DNA of 64,000 nt from Candidatus Cloacimonadales bacterium (lineage in GTDB: Bacteria > Cloacimonadota > Cloacimonadia > Cloacimonadales > JAIOQZ01), in NCBI GenBank assembly GCA_963674825.1, contig OY771587.1, positions 2,528,001 to 2,592,000 on the forward strand, given 5' to 3'. A program made the translations under genes and the position numbers. This document shows positions 41,478 through 50,756 of the stretch, one piece after another. Under the pieces are notes generated by a model. That model worked only from the letters and a program-made list of their open reading frames with translations. It had not been told where the DNA came from and did no database searches. Position 1 is the stretch's first letter. Each line of letters begins with the position of its first letter.

Positions 41478-41496
41478 CTCAAATATCTCAATCCAA

Positions 41497-42891
41497 TCAA
41501 ATCTTGTGAAGTGCCATGCCCTCCAGGTCTTCAACTGCTTCCGCAACCGCTTCAGACAGTGTCGGATGGGCATAAACGATCTCGGATGCCTGCTCGATGG
41601 CGATTCCCGCTTGAATCAGGATTCCGCCCTCGGCGATAAGCTCGGTCGCGTTCGCGCCGATGATGTGCATCCCGACAATCTTGTGGCTCCTGGCGTCGGC
41701 GATCGTCTTCACGAAACCGAACGACTGCCCGATGCTGAGCGCTTTTCCGTTTGCGCTAAACGGGAACTTGCCTACAAGAATCTCACCGTACTGCTCTTTT
41801 GCCTGTTCCTCGGTGAGTCCGGCGGAGCCGATCTCGGGATGAGTGAATGTGCAGCGTGGGATGTCTGTGTATTGAATTTCTGTATGTGATACTTCTTTAT
41901 TTTCGATGCGATTGCGTATATCCTGCACCGCACGTAATCCCTGCTTGCTTGCCACGTGTGCGAGCTGCATCTTGCCGGTCACATCGCCAATGGCGTAGAG
42001 CTTCGGCTGGTTGGTGCGCATGTTCTCGTCGATTACGACGCTACCTTTGACAGTCTCCGGCTGGCAGTCGATAAATTCGATTCCCAGGTGTGGTTTGCGT
42101 CCTACGCTGACAAGCACCTTGTCCGCGGAGAGTTCTTTTCCATCGGAAAGGGTCAGGATTGCCTTGCCGTCTTCGATGCGGCAAGCTTCCACAGCTTTTT
42201 TCAGATGCACTTTGATGCCATCTTTTTTAAATGCCATAGCCAGGCGTTTGGAAACCTCTTCGTCTTCCGTATTGACCAGCCGTGGAAGGAATTCCACGAT
42301 CTCCACTTCTATGCCGAATTGATGCATGACGGACGCGAATTCGCATCCGATCACGCCGCCGCCCACAACGATCATTCGCTTGGGAAGCTCGGTCATACTG
42401 AGGATGTGGTTGGAAGAACAAACGATCTCGCCATCGAACTTCATGAAGGGAAGCTCGACAGGTTCGGAACCGGTGGCGAGGATTACGTATTCAGCCAGGT
42501 AATCCTGATCGGCGGTTATGGTATATCCATCATCAGTCTTTCGGATTGATGTTACCGCGTGATTGATCACAGATATATTCTTCTTCTTATAAATAAACTC
42601 AATACCGCCCACGAGCTGTTCGACGACCTTCTGTTTTCGATCGGCAACACTCGAATAGTCAACAGACGGATTATCGGTACGAAGGCCGTATTCTTCCGCG
42701 TTTTTCATCTCGGAAAGAAGTTCGGCGGGTTTGACCAGCGCTTTGGTGGGGATACAGCCCCAGTTAAGGCACACACCGCCCAAACGCTCTTTTTCGAAAA
42801 CGACTACATCAATTCCATGACGTTCCAGCTTCAGCCCTGCGACGTATCCGCCGGGTCCGCCTCCAATAACTGCTACCGTTGTTTTCTTCAT
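41497..42891 (-). CDS. lpdA: Dihydrolipoamide dehydrogenase
   Basis: GGGPGGYVA, GGVCLNWGCIPTK, GGGVIGCE, HPTLSE. Confidence 0.95.
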   Translation of the reverse strand: MKKTTVAVIGGGPGGYVAGLKLERHGIDVVVFEKERLGGVCLNWGCIPTKALVKPAELLSEMKNAEEYGLRTDNPSVDYSSVADRKQKVVEQLVGGIEFIYKKKNISVINHAVTSIRKTDDGYTITADQDYLAEYVILATGSEPVELPFMKFDGEIVCSSNHILSMTELPKRMIVVGGGVIGCEFASVMHQFGIEVEIVEFLPRLVNTEDEEVSKRLAMAFKKDGIKVHLKKAVEACRIEDGKAILTLSDGKELSADKVLVSVGRKPHLGIEFIDCQPETVKGSVVIDENMRTNQPKLYAIGDVTGKMQLAHVASKQGLRAVQDIRNRIENKEVSHTEIQYTDIPRCTFTHPEIGSAGLTEEQAKEQYGEILVGKFPFSANGKALSIGQSFGFVKTIADARSHKIVGMHIIGANATELIAEGGILIQAGIAIEQASEIVYAHPTLSEAVAEAVEDLEGMALHKI

Positions 42892-44381
42892 TACTCTTTT
42901 CTCCTCAAACGACTATTCAGAATGCCCAACCCCTCGCGGTATTTCGCGATCACGCGTCGTGATACGCTGATGCCTCGCTCCTTGAGGATATTCGCGATAT
43001 CTTGATCACTGATCGGCTTACGCTTGTCCTCATTCTCGATCATTTCGCGAATATTCCGCTCGACGAGTTGACGCGAGACGGCGTCGTAGTTCTTGTCCTT
43101 GCCGGCGGTAGATGTGAAAAAGTCTTTCAAGCACATCACGCCGAATGGCGTATCCGCATATTTGGAGCGTACGACGCGGGATATGGTCGATTCATTCACC
43201 TGGAGTTCCGCCGCGATGGTGGAGTAGGTAAGTGGTTCGAGGATTCCGGTTTCGTTGTAGAAGAATTGACGCTGATGCTGGATGATGGAGCGCATCACCC
43301 TCTCAAGGGTACGGTTGCGCATATACATCGATTTAATGAGAAACTTTGCCGAATTGATTTTGCTTCTCACGTAGTTCAGCGCGTCGCGATCCTTGCCCAT
43401 GTTTTTAATGATATCGCGATAACGGCGACTGATGATGATATTCGGCATGAAGGCGTCGTTGATGATCAATTCATATTCGTTGTCGATCTTCTTGATGATC
43501 ACATCCGGAACCATGTAGTTAGTCTCGCTGGTGACAAGGCGCAATCCCGGCTTGGGGTCGAGTACGGATATTTCTTCTTTAATTTCCAGAACCGCATCGA
43601 CTGTGATCCGGTACTTGGAAGCTATATTTTGATATCGTCTGTGGATGAGGTCGCAGAAATCTTCCTGAATGATTCCCGACAGAATTGGGTTTTCAAGCTG
43701 ATCGGGAGTAAGCTGCGCCATCAGGCATTCGGGAATGTTTCGCGCGGTTATGCCGGCCGGATCGAGGTGCAATACTATCTCGTGAATTTCGTCAGCGCGG
43801 TCGGGCTCGATGCCGTATTCGGAAGCCAGGCTGTAGATGTTGAAATCTTCTGCCAGATACCCGTGCGCGTTGGCAGTGTCGATCAAGTCGGTAGCGTAAT
43901 CGTGTTCATCTTCTGTCAGTTCGAAGTTATCGAGCTGATCGAGGTAGTCCTGTTTTTTGTCTTCCTGGATGCGGAGTGTGTTTTCATGATCGACCTCTTC
44001 AGGGCCATCACGGAAAGACATGCGCTCGTCCGTATGGTAGTCGTTCCAGGTATCCAGAATCTCACTGAGCTCTTTCGCTTCGTCGATGGTCTCTTTCAGA
44101 TCCTCGGTGTTGCTCTCCGTAACGGACTCGATATCCGTATCGGGCTCAAAATCCTGGTCGGATTCTTTCGATTCAGCGTTTTCTTTTTTCTCTGCTTCCG
44201 TTTCGTGGGACTCATCCTCTTCCTGCATTTCGAGCATCGGATTGGTAATCAATTCGTGCTTCATATGCATTTCGAGCTCGAGGATGGGCAGAGAAAGCAG
44301 GTGGAGCGACTGAAGCATTTTCGGCCTTAGCTCAAGCCGTTGCTCCTGCTTCTGTGATAGGATTTGTTGTATTCGTGCCAT
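42891..44381 (-). CDS. rpoN: RNA polymerase sigma-54 factor
   Basis: Gln/Leu-rich N-term, NPMLE, DPAGI.AR...ECL, ESTISRV, RpoN box SRRVIAKYRE; start taken at MARIQQ. Confidence 0.95.
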   Translation of the reverse strand: MARIQQILSQKQEQRLELRPKMLQSLHLLSLPILELEMHMKHELITNPMLEMQEEDESHETEAEKKENAESKESDQDFEPDTDIESVTESNTEDLKETIDEAKELSEILDTWNDYHTDERMSFRDGPEEVDHENTLRIQEDKKQDYLDQLDNFELTEDEHDYATDLIDTANAHGYLAEDFNIYSLASEYGIEPDRADEIHEIVLHLDPAGITARNIPECLMAQLTPDQLENPILSGIIQEDFCDLIHRRYQNIASKYRITVDAVLEIKEEISVLDPKPGLRLVTSETNYMVPDVIIKKIDNEYELIINDAFMPNIIISRRYRDIIKNMGKDRDALNYVRSKINSAKFLIKSMYMRNRTLERVMRSIIQHQRQFFYNETGILEPLTYSTIAAELQVNESTISRVVRSKYADTPFGVMCLKDFFTSTAGKDKNYDAVSRQLVERNIREMIENEDKRKPISDQDIANILKERGISVSRRVIAKYREGLGILNSRLRRKE

Positions 44382-44391
44382 AATTACTTCA

Positions 44392-45132
44392 TTATTCAAA
44401 AATCGGATTTAAAAAACGATCTCCGAGATAAACCTCTCTTGCCCTTTCGCTGTTTACCAGCTCTTTCGATGTTCCGGATAACAAAATTTCTCCATTGAAA
44501 ATAATATAAGCTCTCTGCGTGATTTTCAAAGTATCAAGTACGTTGTGATCCGTAATCAGAATCCCAATGCCTCGATCCTGCAATTTGATGATGATATCCT
44601 GAATATCCGCAACTGCCAGCGGGTCCACGCCTGCAAAGGGTTCGTCCATCAGGATAAACGACGGATTCGTGACCAGCGAACGAGTGATCTCCAGCTTTCT
44701 TCGTTCACCGCCGGAGAGTGTGTATGCCTTCTGCTTCGCCAGCTTTGTAAGGTTCAGTTCGGCAAGGTATTCTTCGCATTTGGCACGACGTTCCTTGCGC
44801 GGCATCTTCATCGTTTCCAGGATGGCCATGATGTTCTCCTCTACCGTCAGTTTGTGGAAGATCGAGGGAGCCTGTGCCAGGTATCCGATTCCGAGTTGCG
44901 CTCGCTTGTACATCGGTTTGCGCGTAATGTCCAGGTCGTTGAAATAGATGTTTCCTGCGTTTGCTTTTGCCAATCCGAGTATGATGTAGAATGTCGTCGA
45001 TTTTCCAGCGCCGTTCGGCCCAAGAATTCCGACAACCTCTCCCTGCTCGATCTCGAGGCTGATTTCCGTCAACACCCGGCGTTTGCCGTAAAATTTAACC
45101 AACTTTTCAGCGCGAATCCTGTTTTTTTCCAT
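44392..45132 (-). CDS. lptB: LPS export ABC transporter ATP-binding protein
   Basis: GPNGAGKST, PMYKRAQLGIGYL.Q, LSGGERR, DEPFAGVDP, ITDHNV; directly upstream of rpoN. Confidence 0.95.
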   Translation of the reverse strand: MEKNRIRAEKLVKFYGKRRVLTEISLEIEQGEVVGILGPNGAGKSTTFYIILGLAKANAGNIYFNDLDITRKPMYKRAQLGIGYLAQAPSIFHKLTVEENIMAILETMKMPRKERRAKCEEYLAELNLTKLAKQKAYTLSGGERRKLEITRSLVTNPSFILMDEPFAGVDPLAVADIQDIIIKLQDRGIGILITDHNVLDTLKITQRAYIIFNGEILLSGTSKELVNSERAREVYLGDRFLNPIFE

Positions 45133-45249
45133 TCCGTGTTTCCCATCTACATATGCATTATGAAATAACTACTGTCAACCGATATTTCACGAAAACTCGA
45201 AGTAACTGCTCGAGTCCCTTCACTTCGCCAGCTTTTTACTCAAGGGAGG

Positions 45250-46329
45250 CTACTTCTCCTCAAACCGATACGTGCCGGAGACATGCTTCTTCATCTCGAT
45301 CAATTCGATCTTGTTATCGTCGCCAAGCGTTATACGCATGATCTCGCCGATCGCCATGTTCTCGAAGTATTCCTTGTCTTGCTGGTGTTCTTGTTTGATG
45401 TGTGAGGTGATGTTCCCTTCGGCCTGGAAGCTTCGTATGCGACTTTTGTCGTCGAAGAAAAATCGCATAATATCGCTGGTGATACGGTTGTTCTTTTCCT
45501 GATTTTCACCTGCGGCGAAGAAAATGCGGCTCGAATCGATGAATGTCGCGTGATCGAGTTTATTGTCCTCGAAAAAGAGGTGAAACTCTCTCGCGAAGCC
45601 ATCGGCCGATTCGGTGTGAAACTCCGGTTTCCCTGTGAAAATCGCTTCTCCCTTCTCCGTGTAATAGATCAGGAAGTCGCTCATAGCGCGGTAGTCCTTC
45701 GATTCGGTTACCACGTCGAACATCGCCACCAGCTTCTGCTGATCGCGGTAATATTCCATCTTCTGCGAGCTGACTCGCATCGAGTCTTTTCCGGTGCGAT
45801 AGACCACCGGGTTCATGATCATGTAGCCGTAGCCGGTATTGATGTCGTAATCAATACGTCCGGCCTCTGCATGGAGACTGTCACGGGTATCCCAGGCTTT
45901 TACAAAACCGCTGGCCTGTACCTTGCCCATCTCGCGATACCAGTCCACACGATCGGCACGAACGATCTGTCGTGTATTGTCAGAGCGTTCCACCGTAAGT
46001 CGAACTCCGCCCTGGAGCTCCAGCTTGTCGTCTTTCCGATAATATACTGCCTGATCCGCCGTGAGGGTGAGGGTGTCTTCCACCACTTTCACCTTCTCGA
46101 TGAGATAGACGATCTTCTGTTCGTCCAGAATCCTGGCGCTCCGTGCGTAAAATTCAGTAGTACCGTAGAAAAAGTGGACATTTCCCTTTAATTCGCTGAC
46201 GTATTCGGTATCTTTTTTCACCGCAAGCAGCGAATCGGCGTGATCCAGCCGGTAGGGTCGCAGTTCTTCCTCGGCAAAGAGAGAAAAGGTTATCGCAACC
46301 AGCAGCAGGATCAGAAGGAGCCTATTCAT
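45250..46329 (-). CDS. LptA/OstA beta-jellyroll family protein (long form)
   Basis: Signal peptide; repeated GNV/ADxA.Y strands; lies between lptC and lptB. Confidence 0.75.
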   Translation of the reverse strand: MNRLLLILLLVAITFSLFAEEELRPYRLDHADSLLAVKKDTEYVSELKGNVHFFYGTTEFYARSARILDEQKIVYLIEKVKVVEDTLTLTADQAVYYRKDDKLELQGGVRLTVERSDNTRQIVRADRVDWYREMGKVQASGFVKAWDTRDSLHAEAGRIDYDINTGYGYMIMNPVVYRTGKDSMRVSSQKMEYYRDQQKLVAMFDVVTESKDYRAMSDFLIYYTEKGEAIFTGKPEFHTESADGFAREFHLFFEDNKLDHATFIDSSRIFFAAGENQEKNNRITSDIMRFFFDDKSRIRSFQAEGNITSHIKQEHQQDKEYFENMAIGEIMRITLGDDNKIELIEMKKHVSGTYRFEEK

Positions 46330-46885
46330 CGGGCAGTTCGCCTTTTTCGATCCTGCCTGAGCCGGTGACGTTGATCGAACGCAGTTCGCGGAAACTGGTG
46401 TCGGTTTGCATGTTCTGTCCATGGAAGATATTCTCGCCGCGGATGATCGTCACTTCTCCGCTGGCGAAGATAGCGTCGGTGTTACGATCCCATACCAGGT
46501 GCTCCGTCTTGAGGCTGTCGTTCTCGTCGTTTACGATGATTACATTGCCCTCTGCGGTGAGTTCGTTTTTAACGTCGTCCATGATAGCCTTTCGGCTGGT
46601 GAGTACCGAACGGAGCGCTCCGTTCTCGTCATAAGACTCAACCCGTACAGTGTCCGCATCGAGTAAGCGGCTGTTGTAAAAGCGTTGGATATGCCTGGCG
46701 TTGAGGATGTATTCGACAGTATTATTCTTCATGGAAACGATACGAACCGAATCGGATTGTTCGTCCGCAACGCCGGGTTGCGGATCGAAGGTGGCTGGTT
46801 CTTCCTGAGCACAGCCGATCAGCACGAAGCCGAAGAGGCTACTGAGCCATAAAGCGATCAAGAAGTGTCTGGACAGCTTCTTCAT
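46322..46885 (-). CDS. lptC: LPS export periplasmic protein LptC (lipoprotein)
   Basis: LIGC lipobox; AEGNV.I, LKTEHLVWD, V.I.RG...G..M.TD. Confidence 0.85.
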   Translation of the reverse strand: MKKLSRHFLIALWLSSLFGFVLIGCAQEEPATFDPQPGVADEQSDSVRIVSMKNNTVEYILNARHIQRFYNSRLLDADTVRVESYDENGALRSVLTSRKAIMDDVKNELTAEGNVIIVNDENDSLKTEHLVWDRNTDAIFASGEVTIIRGENIFHGQNMQTDTSFRELRSINVTGSGRIEKGELPDE

Positions 46886-47366
46886 ACCGGCCTTGCTCTT
46901 TCAAAATCCATTCTATGAATTCGCGAACTGCGCCTTTTCCGCCGTCGCGAGAAGTTACGATATCTACTTTTGCCTGCACATCCGGAAACGCGTCAGCCGG
47001 AGTCGCAGAGATCGCGGCTTTGTCCAGCATAGGCATGTCGTTCCAGTCGTCGCCCATGGCGGCGACGTTGTCCCAGGTGAGTCCGAGTGAACCGATAAGT
47101 TCGTCGGCAACGCGCAGTTTGTGTCGTACCTGCTGATAGAGGTGCGTGATGCCGATGTCTGCACAGCGCTGTTCGAGCAAATCACTTCTCCTGCCTGTGA
47201 TCACAGCCACCTCGATACCGAGGTTGAGGATCATACGCAAGCCGAGGCCGTCCTTCGCGTTGAAGTTCTTGGTCTCGATCCGTTGCTCGTTATAGATGAT
47301 TCCACCGTCGGTAAGCACGCCGTCGCAATCTAAAATGATCAGTTTTATATTTTTAGGGTCTTTCAT
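46839..47366 (-). CDS. kdsC: 3-deoxy-D-manno-octulosonate 8-phosphate phosphatase
   Basis: LDCDGVLTDG, FNAKDG.G, ITGR, MGDD.ND, GGKGAVRE. Confidence 0.93.
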   Translation of the reverse strand: MKDPKNIKLIILDCDGVLTDGGIIYNEQRIETKNFNAKDGLGLRMILNLGIEVAVITGRRSDLLEQRCADIGITHLYQQVRHKLRVADELIGSLGLTWDNVAAMGDDWNDMPMLDKAAISATPADAFPDVQAKVDIVTSRDGGKGAVREFIEWILKEQGRYEEAVQTLLDRFMAQ

Positions 47367-47643
47367 TGTAAAATCCTTTGGCACCGATAATGCATTGGGT
47401 TCTCAAGGCGTCAATGTTTATTTCTTTTGAAGCTCAACTTCTCTGTGTGCAGGTCTGGGTCTTGCTGATTTGCGGCGATAGTAAGGTGGATATGGGTGAA
47501 AGGGTTCGGAGTAAAACGGGAGTACTCGACTTCTGGGCGAGCTTCCTGGAAAAGCTGTCGGGACAGGGTAAAACGAAAACCGGTTGACAGAATTTCCACA
47601 CGCAACAATCTAAAACTTCAGATTATCCAACAAGGAGAAAACG

Positions 47644-47970
47644 ATGTTCCCAGGTGGAAAAAAAGGTATGAACGACCTGATGAAGCAGGCGAAGAAAATG
47701 CAACAGGACCTTATGAAGGCCCAGGAAGAGCTTGCAAACAAGGAAGTGGAAGCAACCTCTGGTGGCGGCATGGTTACTGTCGTCATGAACGGAAAATACG
47801 ACCTCAAGTCACTCAAGATATCCCCGGAAGCGGTTGATCCTGACGACGTGGAAATGCTCGAAGACCTCATCATCGCGGCGTTCCGCGAATGCGTCGATAA
47901 GATTTCCCGCAGCAGCGAAAGCGAGATGTCCAAGCTGACCGGCGGAATGAATATCCCCGGCCTGTTCTAA
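47644..47970 (+). CDS. ybaB: YbaB/EbfC nucleoid-associated protein
   Basis: MKQAKKMQ, SGGGMV.V..NG, DVEMLEDLI.AA. Confidence 0.95.
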   Translation: MFPGGKKGMNDLMKQAKKMQQDLMKAQEELANKEVEATSGGGMVTVVMNGKYDLKSLKISPEAVDPDDVEMLEDLIIAAFRECVDKISRSSESEMSKLTGGMNIPGLF

Positions 47971-47974
47971 AACA

Positions 47975-48571
47975 ATGCTCGAAGAGGTTTTACAATCGCT
48001 GATCGACAGCTTGAAAAAGCTGCCAGGCATCGGAACTCGTACCGCGCAGCGGATGGCGTTGCAGATGGTCAGTGGTTCCCGAGAGAACGCGCTGGAGCTC
48101 TCCGACTGTATCCGAAGCGCTGTTGAATCGATCACCACATGCAGCCAGTGCAACATGCTTACGCCCAGCGATCCGTGCGGTTATTGTACTGATCCGAGGC
48201 GCGACGATAAGTTCCTCTGTATCGTGGAGACGGCAGCCGACGTGCTCGCCATCGAGCGTTTGCACGAGTTTCGGGGGCGCTATTTCGTTCTTGGACGCCT
48301 GCTCTCGCCGATCGAAGGCATCGGCCCGGACGAGATTCACATCCCGCAACTACTCGCGCAACTGAAGCGACTGGAGCCGGAAGAGGTCGTCCTGGCGCTG
48401 AATCCCTCCACGGAAGGAGAAGCAACCATGGAATACATCGCGACCATGCTCCGCAATCGCGGTGTTGGCGCAACCCGGCTTTCGACCGGTATTCCCTTTG
48501 GCGGAGACCTCGAATACACCAGTCCCGTAACGCTCAGCACCGCCTTCAAGCGCCGGTTCCGGATGGATTGA
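47975..48571 (+). CDS. recR: Recombination mediator RecR
   Basis: LPGIG.RTAQR, CSQC..C.YC zinc finger, LSPIEGIGP, EGEAT, GGDLEY. Confidence 0.96.
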   Translation: MLEEVLQSLIDSLKKLPGIGTRTAQRMALQMVSGSRENALELSDCIRSAVESITTCSQCNMLTPSDPCGYCTDPRRDDKFLCIVETAADVLAIERLHEFRGRYFVLGRLLSPIEGIGPDEIHIPQLLAQLKRLEPEEVVLALNPSTEGEATMEYIATMLRNRGVGATRLSTGIPFGGDLEYTSPVTLSTAFKRRFRMD

Positions 48572-49203
48572 TGTTCACCGGAATCGTCGAGGAAACCGGG
48601 ACGATCCAGCGGATCGAGAACAAAGGCGCGAAGCGGTTCTTCACTATCGGCTGCAAGGTCGTTAATACAGGCGTTAAGCTCGGTGACAGCATAAGCTGCG
48701 ATGGAGCCTGCCTGACGGTTATAAGGTTCGATAGTAGCTCCATTACCGTTGAAGCTATGCAGGAAACGCTGAGCAAGACCACTGCGGGTGACTGGCGTCA
48801 GGGGCGCGTCCTCAATCTTGAGCGTGCCATGATGAGCGGCGGAAGGTTTGACGGGCACATTGTTCAGGGGCACGTCGATTGTCATGTCCGGGTGCTTTCG
48901 TCCGAGACGCAGCGTGACACGCGATACCTGGAAATCATGTTGCCGTCCGAATACAGTAAGCTGGTCGTTCCGCAAGGATCCATCGCGATCAACGGTGTCA
49001 GTCTGACCATCGCGAAGCTCAATGCTTCATCCGTGACTGTCGCCTTGATCGGACATACGCTGGAGATGACCAACCTGCGACTGCTGAAGACAGGCGATTC
49101 GGTCAATGTGGAATACGACATCCTCGGCAAATACATCGCGAGATACTTTGACCGGCAGTCCACCGGTATCACAGAGGAGTGGTTGATTGAAAAAGGTTTT
49201 TAG
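48571..49203 (+). CDS. ribE: Riboflavin synthase (alpha chain)
   Basis: MFTGIVE, GDSISCDGACLTV, LNLERAM, GHIVQGHVD, GSIAINGVSLT. Confidence 0.96.
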   Translation: MFTGIVEETGTIQRIENKGAKRFFTIGCKVVNTGVKLGDSISCDGACLTVIRFDSSSITVEAMQETLSKTTAGDWRQGRVLNLERAMMSGGRFDGHIVQGHVDCHVRVLSSETQRDTRYLEIMLPSEYSKLVVPQGSIAINGVSLTIAKLNASSVTVALIGHTLEMTNLRLLKTGDSVNVEYDILGKYIARYFDRQSTGITEEWLIEKGF

Positions 49204-50494
49204 CGCTTCGGCATCGATCATCGCGATGTTGCTATTTACGCTCCTACTGAGCAATTGCGGCAGCGATGGCTCTCCTTCCGGCGGACCGAAAGACACCGTT
49301 AAGCCAACGATCGTGAATGTCGATCCGGGTGAATACGAATCCATCGCGTCCGGCGATATCGAAATAACCTTCAGCAAGCCCATCGACCGCGCCACTGTAT
49401 TGACCGGCATTCATATCTACCCGGCAATCCTGAAGAAGAAATTCCGCTGGCCCGACGGCAATACGCTCGGTATTCGAATCTACGAAAAGCTGGAAGAGGA
49501 TACCAACTACTACATCATGTTCAGTAAAGAGATCAAAGGGATGCATGGCAACCCGCTCGATCAGGATTATCTCTACACTTTCAGCAGCGGAGAATTGCAG
49601 CGCTTGCGCTTGTCCGGCAATATCGAATACGAGAGACCGGGCGACATGGGCAGGCCAATTTCTTTTTCGCTCTTTGACGCCGATACGGTCAATGTCTATA
49701 AGACGGTCTTAACCGGCTCCAACTATGTATTGGAAAACCTCAATCCTGGTGGCTATGTCCTCGAGTCGTTCATCGATCTGTCCGGGAACAATAAATACGA
49801 CTATGGTACTGAGCCCTGGTTCCGGCAGGAGATTTCGCTCGATGGCAATATGACACTCGACTGGCAGATGGCATATGAAGACAGCCTGGCCCCGTCATTT
49901 GCCGATGTAAAAGCGCTCTCCGCGTCTCAGCTTCTGGTCAAGCTGAGCGAACCGCTTCAGGATTTTACTTCGATCCGAATCGAAGCGCAGGACTCGCTTC
50001 GTACCGAGCTTCCCATCATCGAATACAACGTTTTCGAGGACACCCTACACATCCTGACAAGCGCGCAGGATACGCTCAAATACAAGCTCGAAGCCCTTGG
50101 AATGCGTGACCTCAAGGACAACTTCAGCGAGATCGATTCCATCTTCTTCCAGGGCAAAGCAAGGCCCGATTCGACCGCTCCGCGCGTCGTTAAGACGATT
50201 CCGCGAAATGGTACTTCTATCACGACCCGCATGCCCGAGATTCAGATACGATTCTCGGAAATGATTCTGACAAAAGACATTCATCTCAGCATGCAGTGTG
50301 TTGAGACCGGTGACAAAATCGGAGTGGAGGTGGTTGAGGGTAATTCGAGCAGATACGTGGTCAAGCCGTCGCAGGAATTGACCAACTATAATACGTACAT
50401 TCTCACCATTGAGAAAATCACATCCGATCCAGCCGGAAACAGCATGGCTCAGCCCGTGGATGTTTCCATGATTCCAATTGTGAAAGAAGAGTAG
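49187..50494 (+). CDS. Lipoprotein with bacterial Ig-like (Big_5-type) domains
   Basis: LSNC lipobox; P.GGPKDT..P, IEITFSKPID, DSTAPRVV...P, I.FSE. Confidence 0.8.
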   Translation: MKKVFSASASIIAMLLFTLLLSNCGSDGSPSGGPKDTVKPTIVNVDPGEYESIASGDIEITFSKPIDRATVLTGIHIYPAILKKKFRWPDGNTLGIRIYEKLEEDTNYYIMFSKEIKGMHGNPLDQDYLYTFSSGELQRLRLSGNIEYERPGDMGRPISFSLFDADTVNVYKTVLTGSNYVLENLNPGGYVLESFIDLSGNNKYDYGTEPWFRQEISLDGNMTLDWQMAYEDSLAPSFADVKALSASQLLVKLSEPLQDFTSIRIEAQDSLRTELPIIEYNVFEDTLHILTSAQDTLKYKLEALGMRDLKDNFSEIDSIFFQGKARPDSTAPRVVKTIPRNGTSITTRMPEIQIRFSEMILTKDIHLSMQCVETGDKIGVEVVEGNSSRYVVKPSQELTNYNTYILTIEKITSDPAGNSMAQPVDVSMIPIVKEE

Positions 50495-50582
50495 CTTTTC
50501 AACTCTCGTAGACTGGCAATTGTGCCAGAATCAACTTTTTTCTACCTTTACGTTCCCCCAACCGCATCTTTACCCTATACGC

Positions 50583-50681
50583 ATAACCGGTTGTAAGAAA
50601 ACCTGATGGTGCAGAAGATATTGGTTGAATGCCCCTCAATTGTATAGAAGCGATTCTGAGAAAAAAATAAAAAAATTGACA
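50583..50681 (+). promoter_or_regulatory. Putative promoter of the alpha-glucan locus with two CG-centred palindromes
   Basis: ATAACCGGTTGT (50583-50594), AGAAGCGATTCT (50646-50657), TTGACA (50676-50681). Confidence 0.4.
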
Positions 50682-50756
50682 GCATCCATACGAGAAAGCA
50701 GAAATTAGTATTTTGTTGTGATTCCTTAATGAACAATGCACGGATGGTGGTTCGAG

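Noticed and set aside
43002..44330. 442-aa antisense ORF over rpoN, and similar ORFs at 51582-52655, 33362-34024, 55612-56412 and 58476-59252
   Set aside because: Shadow frames of well-supported genes, with no motifs of their own.
47385..47643. SRP RNA or other ncRNA upstream of ybaB-recR
   Set aside because: No SRP domain IV motif or tRNA-like arms were seen.
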